From Clostridia bacterium (GTDB lineage: Bacteria > Bacillota > Clostridia > TANB77 > UBA1234), in NCBI GenBank assembly GCA_017539905.1, contig JAFYBZ010000014.1, positions 184,312-248,311 of the forward strand: a stretch of 64,000 nucleotides of DNA, read 5' to 3'. The position numbers were made by a program, and so were the translations under genes. Below the pieces are notes generated by a model that was not told the origin of the DNA, searched no databases, and worked only from the letters and a program-made list of their open reading frames with translations. Shown piece by piece: positions 56,665 to 64,000 of the stretch (position 1 is its first letter; each line of letters begins with the position of its first letter).

Positions 56665-58488
56665 TTATCTAAAGAACTTCTCAATTTCATATTTTGAGAG
56701 AGTTTCTTTATCCAAAAGTTCCCTAGAAAGCCGCCTCAACAAGGTTCTTTTCGACATAAGAATCTTCTTTGTTTCTTGATAGCATGTCTTCAAGAATTTG
56801 TTCATTCCATCATAGGATTCATCTACAATTACTCCATTAAGATCGATATCATCTGTAAGCACCATGCTAACACCTAGCTTGTCACTCATCGAATATCTTA
56901 AGAACATATCTCTTACAATTGTAGACGCTCTTTCTAAGTCATTAGAAGCACCAGCAGAAACTTCATTATAGATTTCTTCCTCAGCAGCACGACCAGCAAG
57001 AAGTATCATAATCTGATGTTTCATCTCGTTAAAGCTAAATTCTGAATCTTCATCAAATGGAGACAAATTATATCCTGCTGCGCTACCTCGAGAAATAATA
57101 GATATTTCCGAAATAGTTTGACCAAAATAATTAGAAACAATAGCATGACCAGCTTCGTGAGTTGCTGTTCTCTTAAGCTGTTCCTTTGACTTATGATTGA
57201 AATTATTTTCAGAACCAATTTCCACTTTTCTAAAAGCTTCCATTATTGATTCTTCCGAAATACTTTCTTCTTCTTTTCTTACACTAAGTAATGCCGCTTC
57301 ATTTAGAATTGTCTTAATATCTGCACCAGTAAGTCCTGTTGTGATATCAACAAGTCTATCAAGATTTACAGAACTACCAATCTTTTTCCCACCGGAATAA
57401 TAATCAATGAGTTCTCTTCTTGCCTTTTTATCCGGAGTATGAATAAAGATCTTTCTATCAAATCTACCGCTTCTCAAAAGTGCATCATCAAGTTCACGCA
57501 TATGATTGGTAGCAGCAATTACTATTACATTTGTATCTTTAGAAAAACCATCCATACAAGCAAGAAGCTGATTTAATATACTTGCTCCATACTTATTTGA
57601 ATTTTCTGTATATCTTTGAACCGCAATAGAATCGATTTCATCAATGTAGATAATTGCTGGCGCTTCTTTTTCAGCAGCAGCAAAAATTGATCTCACTCTC
57701 TCTTCGGATTCGCCAAGATATTTTGCATTAATCTCAGATGCAGAGATTTCGAAAAAAGGAACATCAGCTTCACCTGCTATTGCCCGAGCAATATGTGTCT
57801 TACCTACACCAGGCTTACCAAAAAGAAGAATTCCTTTAGGAAGTGTTGCTCCTATTTCTTCATATTTTTCAGGTTCTTTTAAAAATTTAACGATGTCTCG
57901 AAGTTCATCCATCTGCTTATCGAGACCAATAACATCTTTAAAAGTAATACCTGTACTCTCTACTTTTCGTGGTTGGAAACCATTCAATAATCCAAAGCTT
58001 CCACCAGCAAAGAGTTTACTAGAATCTTTCTTACCTTTTTTACTATCATTGTATTCTTTGAAATTCACTTTGCCTTTTTTCTTTTCACGAACTTTCTGAT
58101 AAATCTTAGACCATATCGTATAGCCTATTACATTAAACATTAAAGTAATCGAAAGCTGTGCATATAAGCTCAACTCAACTGGAGCTTCATATTTTCCAAA
58201 AACAAAATTTTCAGCATTTAAAGAATACTCATAAACATCTTTTTCAAAACTTTCCTTTGATACTATATTTACTTTATATTCAATGTCCTCTGTTCCATTT
58301 TTTACAATAGCAAATTTATCATTTTCGTTATAGCTAATAGAAATTACTTCACCAGCTTCCAAGTCACCTTTAAAAGTATAATAGCTTTCTATTGGGTATT
58401 TCTTTTCTACTGGTGTCAAAAAATAAATCAAAGTAATAGTAAGGAAATACATTACAAATATCCGAAATAGTCTATGCCTCAATGACAT
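56665..58488 (-). CDS. ftsH: ATP-dependent zinc metalloprotease FtsH-family protein
   Basis: AAA Walker A GKPGVGKT and zinc-binding HEAGHAI. N-terminal transmembrane segments. Confidence 0.85.
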   Translation of the reverse strand: MSLRHRLFRIFVMYFLTITLIYFLTPVEKKYPIESYYTFKGDLEAGEVISISYNENDKFAIVKNGTEDIEYKVNIVSKESFEKDVYEYSLNAENFVFGKYEAPVELSLYAQLSITLMFNVIGYTIWSKIYQKVREKKKGKVNFKEYNDSKKGKKDSSKLFAGGSFGLLNGFQPRKVESTGITFKDVIGLDKQMDELRDIVKFLKEPEKYEEIGATLPKGILLFGKPGVGKTHIARAIAGEADVPFFEISASEINAKYLGESEERVRSIFAAAEKEAPAIIYIDEIDSIAVQRYTENSNKYGASILNQLLACMDGFSKDTNVIVIAATNHMRELDDALLRSGRFDRKIFIHTPDKKARRELIDYYSGGKKIGSSVNLDRLVDITTGLTGADIKTILNEAALLSVRKEEESISEESIMEAFRKVEIGSENNFNHKSKEQLKRTATHEAGHAIVSNYFGQTISEISIISRGSAAGYNLSPFDEDSEFSFNEMKHQIMILLAGRAAEEEIYNEVSAGASNDLERASTIVRDMFLRYSMSDKLGVSMVLTDDIDLNGVIVDESYDGMNKFLKTCYQETKKILMSKRTLLRRLSRELLDKETLSKYEIEKFFR

Positions 58489-58601
58489 AAATCTTACCTC
58501 CTTCAGTTTTAGAAAATTTTATTGTATTTTCCCCAAAAGTCTATTTAACGCCAGAATTTTAACACGATTTTGCTATTCGGTCAACATAAAAGGCTAAAAA
58601 C

Positions 58602-59264
58602 CTATGGTTTTAGCCTTTCTATATTATTCAATTTCCATGTTTTTGGAGCTATATCTATAAGTCCTGAATTACAGTATGGACACACTTTATGGCCAAGTCC
58701 TTTAATCGGTGCTCCACAACTTGGGCAGTGTAAACTGATTGATTCATTAGCTTTTAAATTCTTATCATCAAAGATATAAATAAATTCTGTATTAATTCTA
58801 TCTTCTACTCTCTTTGAAGAACCATTTTTAATAAAATCATATCCGATTGATGTTTGAAAAATTAATGTGCATATACTTCCACTTTTTGTATATTTATTAA
58901 TTACTGTTTTATGAATATCAATATTTTCAATTTCGATTTTTTCTTTAGGATTTTGACTACCTGTTTTAAAATAATTAACTATACTCTCCTCTGCTAATGA
59001 CTTCATCTCATCTATATGCATATAAGGAAAATCTTTTTGAAGATCTGGCATGATTAAACTATCCATTCCATATGGAGTTTTTGGTTCAGCCTGAAGCTCA
59101 TCTTTTTGAGCACTGATTCCTTCAAAGAAATCTTTAAACTCAAATACTGTATTTGTTACTTTTTTAAATTTATCCTTAAGATAAACAAATATTCCAATAG
59201 CTACTATCATTATTATAAGAATTAATACTAATATCACTATTAGGCCAACAATAATCATGCTCAT
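58602..59264 (-). CDS. membrane protein with C-terminal zinc ribbon (CPSCG...CPYCN)
   Basis: Read from translation. Confidence 0.5.
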   Translation of the reverse strand: MSMIIVGLIVILVLILIIMIVAIGIFVYLKDKFKKVTNTVFEFKDFFEGISAQKDELQAEPKTPYGMDSLIMPDLQKDFPYMHIDEMKSLAEESIVNYFKTGSQNPKEKIEIENIDIHKTVINKYTKSGSICTLIFQTSIGYDFIKNGSSKRVEDRINTEFIYIFDDKNLKANESISLHCPSCGAPIKGLGHKVCPYCNSGLIDIAPKTWKLNNIERLKP

Positions 59265-59407
59265 TTTTCATCACCTTCATAAATTTTACCATTTATTCCA
59301 TAAAAAAGCCACTATCAATTGACATAAAAGGGCCGAGATTATATAATACACCCGAAATTTAAAGCGTTACGCTTACCTATAAATCGACTGATTAGGAGGG
59401 AAAAAAG

Positions 59408-60517
59408 ATGCGGACACTTTCTTATTTTGAAATCGTAGATCTCAAAAGAATCGCTTCCAGCTTTGATATTTGTGCCGGCGAAATTACTCACGTGCTTCCT
59501 GTTAATGTTGGAAAAACTAATGCTACTTACAAAATTGTTGTCTCTCATGAGACTGATACTACTTCTTATATGCTTCAGAAAATTAATGAAGCTGTTTTCA
59601 AAAATGTTGGTATCATCGTTAACAATGCTCGTCTAGTTACTGAGCACCTTCGTGCAAAAGGATTTGATACACTGGAGTTTGTGATGAACAAACAAAATCA
59701 TACTCCTCTATACAAAGATGCTACGGGAACATACAGAATGACAAAGTTTATTCATGCTGAAGTTTTCCAAACAATTACTCGGCCTGAAGATATGAAAATG
59801 CTTGGTATTGCAATTGGTAAATTTTTGATTGGGCTTTCTGATTTTGATGCAAATCTTTTGGAAGATACTATTCCTAATTTTCACAATACTTCAGTTCGTT
59901 ATCAAGATTTGATTTTGAGTGCACTTGAATGCTCTCTTAGTGATCAACGTCAAAAAGTAATTGATACTCAAAATGATTTGATGTTTGTGAATAAAAATCG
60001 CTACTGCACTGGTATTATTGTTGAAGCTCTTTTGAAGGGAGATATTCCCTATCGAGTTACACACAATGATACCAAGCTTAGCAACGTGTTGTTTGATCGT
60101 AAGACAAATCTTCCTCGATGCATGATTGATCTTGATACTGTTATGAAAGGTTCTGTTCTTTTTGATTTGGCCGATGCAATTCGTTCTGGAGCTAATACTC
60201 GTTCTGGTCAGGAAAAAGAATATGATAAAGCACAAATTGATCTTGAGCTTTTGAAAAATTTCCTGATTGGTTTTTCGGAAGGTGCTCCTGGACTTTTGAC
60301 AGAAAAAGAAAAGTATTTACTGCCTACTGCTATTAAAATTATTCCTTTGGAACTTGGTATGAGATATCTTACTGACTATTATAAAGGTAATCGTTACTTC
60401 AATTATTCTTATGAAGAGCAAAATCTTTATAGAGCTCGTCTTCAGTTTGCTCTCGTAAAAGATGTCGATACAAAAATGGATTCTATTATTCAGATTGTTG
60501 AAGAAATATTTGGATAA
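59408..60517 (+). CDS. APH-like phosphotransferase (aminoglycoside/N-acetylhexosamine-kinase family)
   Basis: Brenner motif VTHNDTKLSNVLFD and IDLDTV. Confidence 0.65.
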   Translation: MRTLSYFEIVDLKRIASSFDICAGEITHVLPVNVGKTNATYKIVVSHETDTTSYMLQKINEAVFKNVGIIVNNARLVTEHLRAKGFDTLEFVMNKQNHTPLYKDATGTYRMTKFIHAEVFQTITRPEDMKMLGIAIGKFLIGLSDFDANLLEDTIPNFHNTSVRYQDLILSALECSLSDQRQKVIDTQNDLMFVNKNRYCTGIIVEALLKGDIPYRVTHNDTKLSNVLFDRKTNLPRCMIDLDTVMKGSVLFDLADAIRSGANTRSGQEKEYDKAQIDLELLKNFLIGFSEGAPGLLTEKEKYLLPTAIKIIPLELGMRYLTDYYKGNRYFNYSYEEQNLYRARLQFALVKDVDTKMDSIIQIVEEIFG

Positions 60518-60532
60518 TAAGGAGGTTTACAA

Positions 60533-60733
60533 ATGGACCAAAAAATGGATTATGTATTATTACATGAAGATATGCTTGATTTATACAAAGCATTAAACGG
60601 ACTTCAAGAAAAAGTAAAAAAGTATATTTCTTTTGGATACGTTCCTCAGGGTGGCGTTTCTATTTGTGCTGTTGGCGATAATAACTACCATCATTATTCT
60701 GCTGCTCAGGCCATGGTTAGAGTAAATAAATAA
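60533..60733 (+). CDS. small hypothetical protein (66 aa)
   Basis: AAGGAGG RBS. Followed by a REP-type terminator. Confidence 0.4.
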   Translation: MDQKMDYVLLHEDMLDLYKALNGLQEKVKKYISFGYVPQGGVSICAVGDNNYHHYSAAQAMVRVNK

Positions 60734-60736
60734 AAT

Positions 60737-60782
60737 AAAGATGCTTTTTTGGGACACCTCCAAAAAAGCATCTTTTTTTTCT
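60737..60782. repeat. REP-like copy 22 (AAAGATGCTTTTTTGGGACACCTCCAAAAAAGCATCTTTTTTTTC), terminator-like
   Basis: One mismatch from copy 9 at 27621, about 33 kb away. Confidence 0.65.
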
Positions 60783-60785
60783 AAC

Positions 60786-61196
60786 CTAAAACATCGCTCC
60801 TGCGAATACAACACCTACTGCCATTCCTTCTGGAATATTATGAAGCGTAACAGCAAGAACCATCATTGTAGTTTTTTCTAGTTTTGCTTTTAATCCTTCT
60901 GGCTTATCACTATTTAAATGTAAGTGAGGAATCAAACTATCTAGTAAAAGCAAAAACAAAATACCTAATAGAAAACCAACTGTTGCTGGTAACCACTCTA
61001 TCACACTTTGTTCTTTTGCCATATCCATTGATGGTATCAAAAGTGACCAAACAGATGCGGCAATCATAACTCCAGATGCAAAACCAAGTAATAATTTTTC
61101 AACTTTTTTATTTATTTTGTTCTTCATAAAGAAGACCATTGCAGAACCTAACGCAGTACCTAAAAAAGGTATCGCAAGTCCATATACTAATTCCAT
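60786..61196 (-). pseudogene. ZIP-family zinc transporter fragment (N-terminal ~half; ends 17 aa after the HNIPEGMAVG motif)
   Basis: ZupT-type proteins are about 260 aa with HNxPEG mid-protein. This ORF stops at 136 aa, 4 nt from REP copy 22. Confidence 0.45.
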
Positions 61197-61217
61197 AAAA
61201 GCCTCCTCTAAAATTTA

Positions 61218-61613
61218 TTATTCATCGATTTTAGATTTCGGAATTGTAATCGGTGCTACAATACAAATTTGTCTTTCATCATATTCTTCATCAAAACCAA
61301 TATCACCAACTATTTCTCCATCATTAACTGTTATAGTAGTTTCTTCACTAAATGCAATTTCTTCATCTTTTGTTCTAAACATCATTAAACAATAATATGT
61401 TTTTCCTTCTTCAAACTGACCATTAAAAATAGTATCTTCAACTGTCGATGGATCTGTATACCAAAAACCATAGTCATAATAATAATCAACACCTTCTGGT
61501 ATTGTAACAACAGGTTGAGGTGTTTGTGTATTAAAATTATTATCTGTAACTGTGACCATATCACCTACTTTAGGTATAGTTAAGTTTGCTTTTACTTCTA
61601 AAATGGTATTCAT
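61218..61613 (-). CDS. hypothetical protein (131 aa)
   Basis: ORF only. Confidence 0.45.
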   Translation of the reverse strand: MNTILEVKANLTIPKVGDMVTVTDNNFNTQTPQPVVTIPEGVDYYYDYGFWYTDPSTVEDTIFNGQFEEGKTYYCLMMFRTKDEEIAFSEETTITVNDGEIVGDIGFDEEYDERQICIVAPITIPKSKIDE

Positions 61614-61822
61614 ATAGCTTCCTCCATTCTTTATCCGGCATAACGCCTTTACATAATTTCATTCATTTAAATTATATAAATGTCTCCCCTATTTTTCAAG
61701 TGCTTTAAAGCACACATTAAGTCAAAAATAATATGTCTATTTTTTGTTAAAAAAATTTGCAAATCGCTTTACTTGTAACTTTTTATCATTATATAATGTA
61801 AGTATCTATTGGGGAATAATAT

Positions 61823-62623
61823 ATGAAAAAACAAACAAAAAAAGTTATTGTTATTTCGGGTGCTAGCAGTGGTATTGGTCTTACTACAGCCAACTATTTC
61901 CTAGAAAATGGTTGGGTGGTTTATGGAATTGCTAGAAAACCATCTGAAGAAATTAAAGCAGATTTTAATTATTATCAAGGTGACATTTGTGACTCTACTC
62001 TTATGCAAAAAATAGCAAAGGAAATATTTGATAAAGAGGGACAAATTGACATCCTGTTTAATAATGCTGGATTTGGAATATCTGGTGCCATCGAATTTAC
62101 AGAAAAAGAAAAAGTCGAAAAGATTTTTGATGTAAATACTATTGCTCAAATTGATATGTGCAAAATATATATTCCTTATTTGCGCAAAACAAAAGGCAAA
62201 ATTATATTTACAAGTTCTGTTGCAGCACCAGCTGCAATTCCATTTCAAGCTTGCTATTCTGCAACAAAAGCCGCAATTGAAAGTTTTGCTTTAGCTCTTT
62301 CAAAAGAAGTGCGAAACCAAGGAATCAAAATTGCTTGCGTTCGTCCAGGCGATATCAAAACAGGTTTTACCGAAGCTCGAGATAAAAATGAACAAACAAG
62401 TGAAAACTACGGCGATATTATTGAAAAGAAAACTTCTAATATGGAGAAGTGTGAAAACAATGGTATGCAACCAATTACTGTTTCAAAACTAGTTTATAAA
62501 GTAGCAAATAGAAAAAATCCTCCACTAATTTCTTCAGTGGGCTTAGGATATAAATGCATTTCTAGTATGCTAAAAATTGTACCAGTTAGATGGTCAAACT
62601 ATCTTGTTTATAAATTTTATTAG
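61823..62623 (+). CDS. SDR-family short-chain dehydrogenase/reductase
   Basis: GASSGIG Rossmann motif and catalytic YSATKAA. Confidence 0.8.
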   Translation: MKKQTKKVIVISGASSGIGLTTANYFLENGWVVYGIARKPSEEIKADFNYYQGDICDSTLMQKIAKEIFDKEGQIDILFNNAGFGISGAIEFTEKEKVEKIFDVNTIAQIDMCKIYIPYLRKTKGKIIFTSSVAAPAAIPFQACYSATKAAIESFALALSKEVRNQGIKIACVRPGDIKTGFTEARDKNEQTSENYGDIIEKKTSNMEKCENNGMQPITVSKLVYKVANRKNPPLISSVGLGYKCISSMLKIVPVRWSNYLVYKFY

Positions 62624-62639
62624 TATTGGAGAAATAATT

Positions 62640-63821
62640 ATGGATTTATTTGAAAAAATGTACAAGGAACAAGCATATGATATTGGTAAAAGAGAAGGAT
62701 ATTACCCATATTTTCATGTGTTAACGACTGGTCAAGATACCGAAGTTGAAATGGAAGGTATTCATACTATCATGATTGGATCAAATAACTATCTTGGATT
62801 AACGAGTGATCCTAGTGTTATTGAAGCTGGTATAGAAGCTCTTAAAAAATATGGTTCTGGAAATAGTGGTTCACGTTTCTTAAATGGAACACTGGATATA
62901 CACATTGAACTTGAAAAAGAACTTGCAGATTTTTTGCATAAAGATGCATGTCTTACCTTCTCTACTGGATTTCAATCAAACCTAGCTATCATAAGCGCTG
63001 TTTGTGGAAGAAATGACTATGTTGTTTGTGATAAAGAAAACCATGCTAGTATCTATGATGCAATTAAATTAAGTTATGCTACAATGCTTCGTTATAAACA
63101 TAGCGATATGGCTGACTTAGAAGAAAAATTAAAGTCTATCCCTGAAGAAAGCGGAATTTTAATTGTTACTGATGGTGTATTTAGTATGAGTGGTGAGATT
63201 TGTAAATTGCCAGAAATCGTAGCACTTGCTAAAAAATATGGTGCACGTGTAATGGTTGATGATGCTCATGCTCTTGGTGTTCTTGGAGAACATGGTAGAG
63301 GTACTGCTGAACACTTTAATCTTGAAAAAGATGTTGATATTATTATGGGTACATTTTCAAAATCACTTGCATCACTTGGCGGTTATATGGCTGCAGATGA
63401 AAGAGTTGTTGAATGGGTTAAGCATACTTCTCGCCCATATATATTTAGTGCAAGTATCACACCTGCAAGTGTGGCATGTGCTAGACAAAGTTTAAAAATA
63501 ATTCGTGAACATCCAGAACGTATTAAAGCTCTAGCTGATATTTCCGAATATATGAGAAACGGGCTTAAAAAACTTGGTGTAAAAATTATAGATAGTACAA
63601 CACCAATTATTCCAATATATGTTTATGATGATATGAAAGCATTCTTAGCTTGCAAAATGCTTCTTGAAAGAGGTGTATATGTAAATCCAGTTATTAGCCC
63701 TGCTACACCTCCAGGATATGCCCTACTTCGTACATCATATACAGCTACTCATACAAAAGAGCAAATGGATAAAGCTATGGTTGCCATTAAAGAAGTTTTA
63801 GATGAACTTGATGTACATTAA
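62640..63821 (+). CDS. alpha-oxoamine synthase family PLP enzyme (Kbl/BioF/serine-palmitoyltransferase-like)
   Basis: PLP-lysine context GTFSKSLASLGG. Start at MDLFEKMYKE after GGAG. The track start overlaps the SDR gene. Confidence 0.8.
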   Translation: MDLFEKMYKEQAYDIGKREGYYPYFHVLTTGQDTEVEMEGIHTIMIGSNNYLGLTSDPSVIEAGIEALKKYGSGNSGSRFLNGTLDIHIELEKELADFLHKDACLTFSTGFQSNLAIISAVCGRNDYVVCDKENHASIYDAIKLSYATMLRYKHSDMADLEEKLKSIPEESGILIVTDGVFSMSGEICKLPEIVALAKKYGARVMVDDAHALGVLGEHGRGTAEHFNLEKDVDIIMGTFSKSLASLGGYMAADERVVEWVKHTSRPYIFSASITPASVACARQSLKIIREHPERIKALADISEYMRNGLKKLGVKIIDSTTPIIPIYVYDDMKAFLACKMLLERGVYVNPVISPATPPGYALLRTSYTATHTKEQMDKAMVAIKEVLDELDVH

Positions 63822-63825
63822 ATAT

Positions 63826-63860
63826 AAAAAACACAACTGTAAAACAGTTGTGTTTTTATT
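63826..63860 (+). terminator. terminator ACACAACTG-taaaa-CAGTTGTGT followed by TTTTATTTT
   Basis: Read directly. Confidence 0.55.
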
Positions 63861-64000
63861 TTATACTTGATCATCTTCAATTATTTTTTCTGGTGCAGAC
63901 TCTAACAATTCTGGATTTAAGAATAAGTGCCTCATATATTTTAAAAATGATGCTAGATACAATCCATCTGCGATTCTTTCATCTGCAGTAAATCTTGTTT
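63861..64000 (-). CDS. C-terminal fragment of a gene running off the window (tail ...FTADERIADGLYLASFLKYMRHLFLNPELLESAPEKIIEDDQV, 2-oxoacid-dehydrogenase-E2/CAT-like acyltransferase fold possible)
   Basis: Hand translation. Resembles the DHRxxDGxxxxxFL...LExP...LL C-terminus of E2 acyltransferases but with Glu in place of His. Confidence 0.3.
   Translation of the reverse strand, partial: TRFTADERIADGLYLASFLKYMRHLFLNPELLESAPEKIIEDDQV

Overview
This 64 kb window is AT-rich (about 28-30 % GC) and looks like a low-GC Firmicutes/Clostridia-type chromosome. No rRNA, tRNA, CRISPR array or prophage core genes were seen.

(1) About 1-14 kb: a type 1 BREX phage-defence locus on the minus strand, brxA-brxB-brxC-pglX-pglZ. 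In place of brxL it ends with a GmrSD-family (DUF262 + DUF1524) type IV restriction enzyme, BrxU-like. Beyond a terminator lies the 5' part of a separate AAA ATPase gene.

(2) About 14-46 kb: an accessory region of many short, mostly minus-strand transcription units of mixed function and GC content. Examples are a flotillin gene at about 47 % GC and a radical-SAM/SPASM maturase with a Cys-rich precursor peptide at about 44 % GC. Almost every intergenic gap here holds a copy of a palindromic repeat family: at least 22 copies with the core TTTTGGGACA-NN-(T)GTCCCAAAA, often headed by GTGC, often paired as inverted doublets. I interpret these as REP/REPIN-like elements because a gene for an HUH-Y1 'REP-associated tyrosine transposase' (RAYT)-like protein sits in the region, flanked on both sides by compound copies of the repeat. 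To my knowledge REP/RAYT systems are described mainly in Proteobacteria, so this is the most novel-looking system in the window.

(3) About 46-64 kb: ordinary-looking genes (FtsH, CobW-type GTPase, LD-carboxypeptidase, S1 protease, SDR plus alpha-oxoamine synthase). One more repeat copy abuts an apparently truncated ZIP transporter gene.

Some coordinates of my own start re-calls and repeat boundaries may be off by 1-2 nt. They were checked by frame arithmetic against the ORF track where possible.
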